A stretch of 45,228 bases of DNA, taken from positions 1 to 45,228 of the forward strand of contig JBHLSH010000024.1 of assembly GCA_048881705.1 (NCBI GenBank), in the 5' to 3' direction. The translations under genes and the position numbers were made by a program. Below, one piece after another: positions 23,905 through 32,751 of this stretch. Source of the stretch: Candidatus Heimdallarchaeota archaeon. GTDB lineage: Archaea > Asgardarchaeota > Heimdallarchaeia > Hodarchaeales > Hodarchaeaceae. The notes beneath the pieces are model-generated. The model was not told where the DNA came from, searched no databases, and saw only the letters and a program-made list of their open reading frames with translations. Position 1 is the first letter of the stretch, and each line of letters starts with the position of its first letter.

Positions 23905-25755
23905 CTAGCGTTGTTTGCGCCTTTGCACCACTATTACCGCGAGAATGGGTAGAGCAATGACTGCCACGACTAGATCGAAACCAGGAATTGGGGCCGTTCC
24001 TGTTCCATCTCCAGCCACTGATCCTGCGACTGCCGCATACGTGGGATCATGCGTAATGCTCTTACCATCCCACTGTGGATAAGAAACTGAGTATAAGAAC
24101 GTTTTTCTCTGAACACTGCTCCGAATTCCGCGGATCAAGTCGGCTTCACTGGAAATCTGCCCATACGTGAAATCAATCAAGTTCATGGGGATTAGTTGCC
24201 CCGTGGCATTGACTTCTACAGTTCCATCCCACATATAAGGGATGTCATCCAACCTGATCTCACCAAAGGATGCTTGACTGTCACTAAATCGGATTCGTTG
24301 TACGCGAGACGCATTTTCAAACTGATCACTGATTTCAGTGGCGCTGTCATCTGCCCGCCAGCGGATCGATTCCTGTAGTTTCGCATCTACTACAGTAGAA
24401 GCCATCAACTGATTGAAGGATAAGCCAGTGAGCTGGCTAGCTGTATCCCACTCGCCTAGAACATAGTCAAACTTAAGGTTCGCGGTTCCATTATCGACAC
24501 TAAAATGAAATAGGGTGGACACTTCATCAATAGTATGGAGTCCCGATAAACTTTCATTAAACATAGTTATATCTTGATTTCGTTCAATGGGGTGTAAAAA
24601 ACCCTTCACGTTGGTAAAATCGGAACCAAAATCCAAAACGTTGTTCGTAGTTGTTGGACGGTGATAGGTTCGTGTATCTATGGACTGTGTATCAAAACGG
24701 AATAGAGCTTCATCCCCGATGGTGGGATAAACGAGCGTATTTTGTCCGATTGTAACGTTTTTGACGCCAATGTCCATGTATCCGTTATTGTTGGTATCAT
24801 TATAGACCAAACTGCCCAAGAGATGATGTTCAATATATTTATAGTCGAAATCGTTTATTAGTAGTCTTTGTCCCGTCTTTCGTAACGTTAGTTCATTGAT
24901 TTGCAACTGAGACACCGAGAACCGACCGCGTTTGAAAACGCGAGCATCCTTGTTAATCCAGTTAATGTCGGGGTGCGAAAAAGTACGCATCTGGTTGACC
25001 GCTGGAAGGCGAAAGAGAAGCCCAAGTTCCCTTGCGAGCCATTCGTGCGAAGTCAACCGAAAAATAAATCGCTTCAATAGTGTGGCATTGGATCCATCGT
25101 TGTATTGCCACTCGTTTTGAAGAACATAATTACCCCTAACTTCGTCCCGTACTAATGACATGAAGACGCTCGTGAGTATTTCATCGCCTGTAAATGGTTG
25201 AGAATCTAGAGTTTCATTGTTGGCAATTTTGGTGAACGCCTCAATGACAGACCTATCATGGTCATAAAAGATTGAAACTGCTTTCCGATCGTGTGTACTG
25301 TTTATCAACAGATTTGCATCGACGTTTTGATTGATCGAAAGCGATGTTTTGTCCGCTACTTCAGCGTAAAGGTTTGTTAGATAGACTTTCGAGGCAAGAT
25401 CTACCGTTGGATCGTTTTCTATGCCATTAATTGTCTGATTTAAGACATTAATGAAACGTGCTAAGAATATATTATGAGTTCTAGTACGAACACCACCTAT
25501 GGGATATTCGTATGAACCAACACTATTATAAACATCAAAATAGACGTTATCAGGCGTGAAATTTGCACTTTGCATACCACGTATTAACCAGAGTAAGTTA
25601 TTGTGCAATTGCGTTCGCATGATGCCTTGCGGGCGCTGTGGAACGATGGGGCCAATGGTAGTTTCATTTGCTGTTCCTGTGCTTGGTAGTATTGCTGAAG
25701 CAATAAGTAACCAACACACCATCGCTAATATTAGACCTTTTCGAGTTGTAATCAT
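23905..25755 (-). CDS. Secreted surface protein with a PGF-like (Heimdall/Loki-CTERM-like) sorting signal
   Basis: N-terminal signal peptide; C-terminal PIPGF-hydrophobic helix-QRRKQR after a Gly/Thr linker; DTNNNG Ca2+-loop-like motif. Confidence 0.8.
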   Translation of the reverse strand: MITTRKGLILAMVCWLLIASAILPSTGTANETTIGPIVPQRPQGIMRTQLHNNLLWLIRGMQSANFTPDNVYFDVYNSVGSYEYPIGGVRTRTHNIFLARFINVLNQTINGIENDPTVDLASKVYLTNLYAEVADKTSLSINQNVDANLLINSTHDRKAVSIFYDHDRSVIEAFTKIANNETLDSQPFTGDEILTSVFMSLVRDEVRGNYVLQNEWQYNDGSNATLLKRFIFRLTSHEWLARELGLLFRLPAVNQMRTFSHPDINWINKDARVFKRGRFSVSQLQINELTLRKTGQRLLINDFDYKYIEHHLLGSLVYNDTNNNGYMDIGVKNVTIGQNTLVYPTIGDEALFRFDTQSIDTRTYHRPTTTNNVLDFGSDFTNVKGFLHPIERNQDITMFNESLSGLHTIDEVSTLFHFSVDNGTANLKFDYVLGEWDTASQLTGLSFNQLMASTVVDAKLQESIRWRADDSATEISDQFENASRVQRIRFSDSQASFGEIRLDDIPYMWDGTVEVNATGQLIPMNLIDFTYGQISSEADLIRGIRSSVQRKTFLYSVSYPQWDGKSITHDPTYAAVAGSVAGDGTGTAPIPGFDLVVAVIALPILAVIVVQRRKQR

Positions 25756-26053
25756 TTTTCTGTCCCTATTATTTGGATTATCATTCTCATGAATGCATGT
25801 GTATTGAGGATTTTCCCTACTTAAGTCGCGTCTTATACGATTATTGAACTCGGCCGCGATGACTTAGTTTTTTTATTTCAGTCATCTCCTTAAAATTTTT
25901 CTGCATGGAATGCCATCAAGATCTGAATACGATGATTCACAATCCTTGACCCTGTGAATAGGAATATCGGGCAAGATTGACGCTTCATTGGATGCAATAT
26001 AAATGGAGGTGACGTTTAAGCTGTAATAGTTTATAATGACATAAAAAACCAGC

Positions 26054-26935
26054 TCAAAGAATTGTTGAAATAACCAGACTCAGAATAGAAAACCCGTAGA
26101 GGACAATAAATACAGGAATAAGGGCCCGCTCGAATTTAACGGTCTTGATAACTTGAAGAAGTTGAATCACAAAGACCGCAGTTATTATCTGAAGGATAAA
26201 GATGACGAGAATAGAGACCGTTGGATTGGCTAAGAGCGTGGCCAGTATGAAAAAATCTCTGCTTAATATTATTATAGCTGGGTACAGGAAGAGCGGGAGC
26301 AAGGCCAATGGGATACCGCTGAGGAGCTCTCGTGAGAAACCTTTAATAGAAAAATAGCGGGTAATGATTTCGAGACTCAACCATATCACGAGAATTGATG
26401 CTAAATACTCTCCCAAACAACCTATCAATCCAAAATACAAATCACCATCGAGATAGAAAGGAATCATCCCCAATTGGGAGAGATCAAGCAGTATGAGTTG
26501 ACAAACCATGACCCCAAAAACCAGTAAATTGAATTGACTTGTAAAAGCTCGTCTTCGGATGAATTCTCCAAAGAAAACACTGGAAAATCGTTTAGGAATC
26601 TGGGGAATGAACACGTCATCATGATTATTAGCCTTTTGAGCGTCATCGTGGAATTTTTCACCCGATTGAACTAGTTGATATGCAGTTTTTCCCATTTGTG
26701 TCAGATAAAACCGTTTCTCCTCATCCTGAGCAACCAATTGACCCAACTTCTTGATATGAAAATAAAAAGAACCAGGCTTAATTTGAAGCCACTCTACTAG
26801 TTCGGTATATTGTACTGCCCGATGAAAAGATCCTAAATATCGAACAATATCGTAGCGGATTGCATGCCCAAGGGCAGAGTAGAATTCATGTAAGGGAATG
26901 GATTTCTCTGCCACGGGCGCAATACCTACGTCCAT
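26054..26935 (-). CDS. Membrane-tethered winged-helix (ArsR-like) transcription regulator
   Basis: N-terminal ALGHAIRYDIV...GSFYFHIKKL...FYLTQMG wHTH pattern, then about 5-6 TM helices. Confidence 0.75.
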   Translation of the reverse strand: MDVGIAPVAEKSIPLHEFYSALGHAIRYDIVRYLGSFHRAVQYTELVEWLQIKPGSFYFHIKKLGQLVAQDEEKRFYLTQMGKTAYQLVQSGEKFHDDAQKANNHDDVFIPQIPKRFSSVFFGEFIRRRAFTSQFNLLVFGVMVCQLILLDLSQLGMIPFYLDGDLYFGLIGCLGEYLASILVIWLSLEIITRYFSIKGFSRELLSGIPLALLPLFLYPAIIILSRDFFILATLLANPTVSILVIFILQIITAVFVIQLLQVIKTVKFERALIPVFIVLYGFSILSLVISTIL

Positions 26936-26985
26936 TGAGATGCCTCGGTTTACCTTAACTGCTCGTAGTACCCTGAAAGCTGATT

Positions 26986-28374
26986 TTATGGCCGTTCAGT
27001 AAATTTGCGAATAATCACTACGATTCCTAGGAGAAACCCAGACACCAAGATCAGAAGACTGGTAGGTAGTAAGAACGAACGATTAGGAATAGGGAGAATC
27101 TGAAGTTCCACGGGATTGATTACCTCGATCAGAACCTCTGGATCATAAAAGATCTGGTTGCCTTGTGGAAATACGAAAATTCCCGTGAGGTACAACATGG
27201 AAACGAGATTGTATGGTGGACTTGGATTAACCAATCGGTTCTGTTCACCAGAAGATAGTGATTGAAAATAAACTGGGAAATCTATACTATCCGCTAAAAC
27301 AGTGGGGATCCATGTGAAATTGAGAAAATCACGATCGCGGTTTCCGAACGAAAACCGCGAATTAACGAGTCTGTGACGTGCAAACTCGATTCCCTGGCTT
27401 TTATCATGCTCTAACTCGTACGATTGGTTTATTGATTTGTCCCGTTCCTGGGCAACGAATTTTAAGCGTCCTAGAAGATTGGTCGCTTGTAGAATGTTTC
27501 TAGAGAGATTAAGCTGAATCAGCGGTCTAGTGATCTGGAACTGTTCTCTTGCAAAAGTAGTGATCTTCAATGCTAGTTTAGAGGTTGGACTATTGAAATC
27601 CCAACCTGTAATATTCATTGAAAACTTCAATCGAGGAGTGAGGCGTATTGCTCTGAGGGGTAATGTTGTGGGTTTCACCGTGACATCTAGGCTTCGGCCT
27701 TGTGGTCTGATTCGAATCGTTGGAACCTGAACCTGCTCAATCATTTCTCGTGTTATCGTCAGTTCAAAGCTAAATGCGATCTTTTCTAGTTTCGAAGAGG
27801 TAGTTGTAGAATTTCGAAACCTTCTACCATAGGATACGTCTAAAGCTGAGAAAATAATTTGATATTGCAGGGCCGTGGAATTAATCTTTTCACTGAGCTT
27901 TTGAACCGAGAATACAATATTAGAGATGTTCACGCTGCGGATAAGGCGATCTGTTCCACGAGGATCATACCAGCTGTTGCCATTATTATCCTCGAATTCT
28001 ACTAGGTTATCGAGCTGGAAAAGGATAGAGTTTGTTGTGTTAAGCTCTAGCTCTTCCACTACGGTTCCACGGGTATTTAGGCGCTCAATCTTAGCGATTC
28101 GTTGCGTATATTCCGCAAAAAAACGAATTGGTTGTGGGTTTTCGGAGGTTCGATGCAAAATTCCTATTCTAGAGGTACCGATGACAGCTTGGATCGATTT
28201 AACGCCACCCATATAAGAAATTTCATCTTGTACGATCTGAAATGGCATGGATTGGTTCAAATCATTAGGCTTGTTCGGAATAGCTCCGAGACTTACAATA
28301 GGGTTTAAACATAAGACAAAAATAACAAGAAATCTTGTGAAAAACCCTAAGGATGATGTAAGTCCAAGTGTCAT
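26986..28374 (-). CDS. Secreted protein with a C-terminal TM anchor; paralog of 23905-25755
   Basis: Signal peptide; DNNGN loop; LKFSMNITGWD; FYDPEV; C-terminal TM helix plus basic tail. Confidence 0.75.
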   Translation of the reverse strand: MTLGLTSSLGFFTRFLVIFVLCLNPIVSLGAIPNKPNDLNQSMPFQIVQDEISYMGGVKSIQAVIGTSRIGILHRTSENPQPIRFFAEYTQRIAKIERLNTRGTVVEELELNTTNSILFQLDNLVEFEDNNGNSWYDPRGTDRLIRSVNISNIVFSVQKLSEKINSTALQYQIIFSALDVSYGRRFRNSTTTSSKLEKIAFSFELTITREMIEQVQVPTIRIRPQGRSLDVTVKPTTLPLRAIRLTPRLKFSMNITGWDFNSPTSKLALKITTFAREQFQITRPLIQLNLSRNILQATNLLGRLKFVAQERDKSINQSYELEHDKSQGIEFARHRLVNSRFSFGNRDRDFLNFTWIPTVLADSIDFPVYFQSLSSGEQNRLVNPSPPYNLVSMLYLTGIFVFPQGNQIFYDPEVLIEVINPVELQILPIPNRSFLLPTSLLILVSGFLLGIVVIIRKFTERP

Positions 28375-28516
28375 ACGCTAGCTCTCAATTGAAGTTGGAA
28401 AAATCCTGATTAAAGCGTAGTGTTAAAGGTTCCCTGAACATATGTTCAAAACGGGGAAGGACAGATCTCCTAAGGAGTGTCCCCAAAATTCGGGTTGAGT
28501 TTCCTAAACAGACTGT

Positions 28517-29854
28517 TTAAGACATGGAAGAACCCTGAGATAATGGAAGTTCAAAAAATATGGTAGTACCAATTCCTTCAGTACTCTCCATCCATATTCT
28601 ACCGCCATGGGTCTCCACGATTTTTTTTACGTGCGCCAACCCTATTCCTGTACCCTCAATTTCCCGAGTTCTCAAGCTAGGGGCCCGTGCAAATAAATTA
28701 AAGATACGGGACTGAAATTTCTCCGGAACTCCAATACCATTGTCTCTAACATAAATTGTGATGAAATTTTCATCAACGGCGTGTTTACCAATTTCGATTA
28801 TGGGAGAAGGATTATCACCGCGATATTTAATGCTGTTCCCGATCAAATTACTGAATAACTGCATCATGCGATTTTCTTCAGCATGTATCTGTGAAAATTC
28901 GTCTGAAATAACGATCTTAATGTTGTTGTTCTTGATTTGTGTTGTATATTGGCTAAGACACTCCTCTATGATTTCTCGAAGATTCAAATTACGTTTTGGA
29001 GTCGTAACTATCCTTCCGATACGTGAATACTCTAAAATTTGTTTAATTTGCATCTCAATTATCTGTACATTCTTAATAATTCTGTCTAGATAAAATTGAG
29101 CTTCCTTAGGCAGATCCTCCCCATATTCCTCCTTAATCGCAGCTGTAAACCCTTGAATTGAAATTAACGGAGCCTTTAGATCATGGCTAATTGTATAGAC
29201 AAACTCCTCAATCTCCATATTTTTATTTTTGAGAGTTTTTGCTTGAACGCTCAATTTCCGTAATAATTCTCGTCGCTGTTCATACTCTCGTCGTGCCCGT
29301 TCATCTTTTTCTTTAGCAGACAGACCTGAGTCTGGAAGTGAATTATTTAGCGGAAAATGCTCAATTATAAAGAAAACCAGATTTGATACGGTTTTAAAGA
29401 AAGAGAAATCTTTCTGTAAAGGTCTAAAGGCGGGATCAAGACCAACATATCCTAAACACAAATCCTCGGAAGTTTTTCTCCCCTTTCTTTGAACAAGTAA
29501 TGCCGAATGAATCGTTTTCCCATTTAAAACCAATGAAAAACCTGGGGTCTCCTCTAGAGAGTAAACGCCTATTTCCTCTTCAAATTTTTCTCCTTGAAGA
29601 CTTCGTAGAAAGCTGTTTAACGAATCAAGATCTTCTAATAATTTAGAATTTAAGCTAGCATGTGAAAGAATCTTGGAACCATCTTGTAAGACTATTAGCT
29701 CAATGGGATAGATCTCTGATAGAAGTTTCAGAAGATTCATGATGAAATGATTAAGATTATCAAAATCTAGTAGGTTGTATGAGAGTTCTAGAACGATCCT
29801 TTGATGACTTTCTTGTACTACATTGCTGTGGGCAGACTCTTTTTCTGAATTCAT
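28517..29854 (-). CDS. Cytoplasmic sensor histidine kinase
   Basis: H-box SHDLKAPL, N-box QLFSNLIGNSIKY, G1 VRDNGIG, F-box RIFNLF, G2 GTGIGLA, GTTIFF. Confidence 0.95.
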   Translation of the reverse strand: MNSEKESAHSNVVQESHQRIVLELSYNLLDFDNLNHFIMNLLKLLSEIYPIELIVLQDGSKILSHASLNSKLLEDLDSLNSFLRSLQGEKFEEEIGVYSLEETPGFSLVLNGKTIHSALLVQRKGRKTSEDLCLGYVGLDPAFRPLQKDFSFFKTVSNLVFFIIEHFPLNNSLPDSGLSAKEKDERARREYEQRRELLRKLSVQAKTLKNKNMEIEEFVYTISHDLKAPLISIQGFTAAIKEEYGEDLPKEAQFYLDRIIKNVQIIEMQIKQILEYSRIGRIVTTPKRNLNLREIIEECLSQYTTQIKNNNIKIVISDEFSQIHAEENRMMQLFSNLIGNSIKYRGDNPSPIIEIGKHAVDENFITIYVRDNGIGVPEKFQSRIFNLFARAPSLRTREIEGTGIGLAHVKKIVETHGGRIWMESTEGIGTTIFFELPLSQGSSMS

Positions 29855-30079
29855 GATTCATCTTCTTGAACTGAATGTCTTTTAATTCTCCACTGCTGAA
29901 CTTATAAGCTGCTCGGGTGATTCAATCCTTTCAAAATGAAAGCTTATTTCTAGCATTATCTATGCAATTGGATCAGACCTGGAAAACGATGCGAAATTTG
30001 GATTCAAAGTTCCAACAATACCTCTAGAAGCAATAAGAGTTCTCCTTTCTCCCTTTTGTGTAATAAATTTTAGGGAAAT

Positions 30080-30334
30080 TCATATATTCCTTATTTCTTG
30101 AAGATCAGGATGTTTTTGTTGTAAAGTTCGTTTGATACCAGCGGCTAACGTCATTTCGCTATAAGGACAACCTCTACAAGCTCCTGTTAGTCGAACTGTG
30201 AGGGTACCGTCTTCATAATCGATAAATTCAACATCCCCACCATCTTTTTGGAGATAGGGACGTAACTCTTGTAAGGATGCTCTGATATCATTTTTGGCTG
30301 CCATCGGAATATTCCTTCTACCAAAATCAGACAA
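30080..30334 (-). CDS. NifU/Nfu C-terminal-domain Fe-S carrier protein
   Basis: RPYLQKDGGDVE and LTGACRGCPYS; probable start ATG at 30304. Confidence 0.9.
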   Translation of the reverse strand: MSDFGRRNIPMAAKNDIRASLQELRPYLQKDGGDVEFIDYEDGTLTVRLTGACRGCPYSEMTLAAGIKRTLQQKHPDLQEIRNI

Positions 30335-30523
30335 ATGTGTTGGAGGTTAGGTACGGGAAACCCCTTGTGTCTTTTTAGGGTTTCATTAACCATAGTTATG
30401 TGTGTAGAAATAATCCTTCTCGATCGACCTCTCCCAAATGCTATCCAATGAAATGACGTAATCTAATCTAGTTAATCCAATATTTGAACATTCTTTAGAG
30501 AGAAGAGGAAGGAGCTCTGTATT

Positions 30524-31561
30524 CTAGGCTGTAGAAATATCCATCCTACTGAAATTTTCTGGTTCGTTTGCATCACTCTCATGAACCAAGTCCCCTATAT
30601 CAATGGCGGTCTCTCGTAAGTCACGTAAGAAATTAAGGAGGTAAGTGAGTTTCCAGACATCTTCTTTGGCGAGACGTGAGATTTCCCTTTCAACTTCCTC
30701 GTGGATTCCCGTTAACTGTCTTCTAATCCTTCCTTTCAATTGTTCTGCGCCCTGACCATTTTGTTCGAAGAAACAAACTAAACTCTGATTCAAGACATCG
30801 GTTGTCAGCTCGCTAAGACGGCTGATCTTTGATAATGTGTCGGAACTTAGCGCATCTTTCATTTCAGGATATTTTTTGACAACTCGTGCGAATTCCACAG
30901 AGGAATCCCCCAGATCTTCACTGTAGCTGGCAATCATACGCCAATCCAAACACGCGGTCGATTTCAGATAAGACATCTCCCGTTTATCGTTGACCATGAT
31001 CTTTAGCATCCGAACAATCAAGAAATAGAGCCTATTGACCTCAACATCACGTTCGATGACTTCCACTGCCAGAGTAACATCTCCTTCCAGAAATGCATTG
31101 ATCGCATCGCTTTGCATTTGGTTAGCGATCGAAAAACAACGGTTCACATATTCGGTAGGATCGGGCAGAGACGAAGAGTCTATAAGAAAATGGAGTTCGA
31201 TGGATCTCTGGGTTTCACCGAGGATCTCCAATCCCACCAATTGACGTGTAAGTTCTTTGATAGCGGCCTTATGGGTCAGAGGTTGCTTGATATCAGGTGA
31301 TCTAACCGCAATTATATCACTTCCCAACAAATAGGCCCCGAGAACATCCCGACTAACATGATTTGATTCTACAATGTTGGAAATTCGTTTTGATGGTATG
31401 GGAGATTTCTGCGGGTAAATTATGAGGTCACCTGTCGATAACTCCTTGATAACGATATTTGATCCCTTGGTAAGTTGATGTCGTTCTGCCCAGTCTTTCG
31501 GGAGTGATATAATACGCGTGTCCCCAGCCCCCGTTACTTGTACCTTCCTACTAAATTCCAT
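30524..31561 (-). CDS. phoU: Archaeal phosphate uptake regulator (AbrB-like N-terminus plus PhoU domains)
   Basis: RKVQVTG...ISLPKDWA, GAYLLG, VIERDVEVNRLYF, EDLGD, AIDIGD. Confidence 0.88.
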   Translation of the reverse strand: MEFSRKVQVTGAGDTRIISLPKDWAERHQLTKGSNIVIKELSTGDLIIYPQKSPIPSKRISNIVESNHVSRDVLGAYLLGSDIIAVRSPDIKQPLTHKAAIKELTRQLVGLEILGETQRSIELHFLIDSSSLPDPTEYVNRCFSIANQMQSDAINAFLEGDVTLAVEVIERDVEVNRLYFLIVRMLKIMVNDKREMSYLKSTACLDWRMIASYSEDLGDSSVEFARVVKKYPEMKDALSSDTLSKISRLSELTTDVLNQSLVCFFEQNGQGAEQLKGRIRRQLTGIHEEVEREISRLAKEDVWKLTYLLNFLRDLRETAIDIGDLVHESDANEPENFSRMDISTA

Positions 31562-31593
31562 CTAGCATCCTTCTAGCATTCTATGATGACCAA

Positions 31594-32691
31594 TTATACT
31601 TCCAACATTTCATAACGTGGGATATCACTGGTTAGTATACCATCGGCCGTCTTTATGACGTTATCCTCTATTCGAACACCAAACTCATTTGGCAGATAAA
31701 TCCCTGGTTCAATTGTGAATACGTTACCCGAGGACAACGGAAATCGATTGGTTCCTACGATATAAGGGTGTTCATGAACTTCTAAACCTAGGCCATGGCC
31801 CGTCCGATGAGTAAAATACTGTCCATATCCTTTACTGCTAATATAGTCTCGAACACGATTGTCAATTTCGTAGGGTAACTTTCCTTTAATCACAGTATCT
31901 TTTCCGTGGGTATTTGCTTTGAAAACGATGTCGTAAATCTCTTTGAACCGCTGAGAGGCCTTCCCAAACACCGTCGTCATTGTAATATCCCCCCAATAAT
32001 TGTTCAAGGTTCCACCTGCATCGATCAGGACCACATCGTCGTTTCTAAGGCGTCTTTCTCCTCCGTGATAATGAGGAAGAGCTGAATTGTCTCCAAATTG
32101 AACGAGGGAGAATGTTTTTTCGCGAGACCCCCATGTTAGACGTTCGACTAGTATTTTTTGAAGCTCTGCTTCCGTTATACCCGGTTCAAGTTCTTCCAGG
32201 GTTTTCACTATTGCATCCCCGGTTTTTTGGGAGGCCTTTAAGATGGCTTTTTGCTCGGTTTCGTCCTTGATTGCCCTTCCCGCATCAAAGATGGGAGCTG
32301 CTGATACTATCTCGGTATTTTTGGGCAAGGTTTTCGTTAAAAGAGAGTAAACTGAGAACCACATTTTTGGATCTACTGCGATCTTTTGACACTTTCCGAC
32401 TAAATTCGGTACCATTGTATAGGGGTCTTGAAGTTCCTCCCAACCAATAACTTCGGAGATACCTGTTGCGCGTTTCATTCGATCTACTTCAAACGCGGGG
32501 GCCACTATTATAGGGGATGCTTCAGGTGTTAGAATTGCCAAGACAAGACGCTCGCTCGGTTCTTCAAGAATCCCGAATGTCCACCTGAAATTTATCCCTA
32601 GGGGGATAAGAACACAATCTATGCCATGTTTTGGGAGGATATCACGGATCGTGGCAATTTTATTGTTCGTTGCGGCCGTATGACTACCCAT
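31594..32691 (-). CDS. pepQ: Xaa-Pro peptidase (M24B)
   Basis: ALPHY, LIDAG, GDIT, HRTGHGLGLEVHE, TIEPGIY, GVRIEDN. Confidence 0.92.
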   Translation of the reverse strand: MGSHTAATNNKIATIRDILPKHGIDCVLIPLGINFRWTFGILEEPSERLVLAILTPEASPIIVAPAFEVDRMKRATGISEVIGWEELQDPYTMVPNLVGKCQKIAVDPKMWFSVYSLLTKTLPKNTEIVSAAPIFDAGRAIKDETEQKAILKASQKTGDAIVKTLEELEPGITEAELQKILVERLTWGSREKTFSLVQFGDNSALPHYHGGERRLRNDDVVLIDAGGTLNNYWGDITMTTVFGKASQRFKEIYDIVFKANTHGKDTVIKGKLPYEIDNRVRDYISSKGYGQYFTHRTGHGLGLEVHEHPYIVGTNRFPLSSGNVFTIEPGIYLPNEFGVRIEDNVIKTADGILTSDIPRYEMLEV

Positions 32692-32751
32692 TTTCTTTCA
32701 CATAATTAAGAAAATTCTTTTATTCTTGTATTCTTCCTTGTTGCTCGAGGA

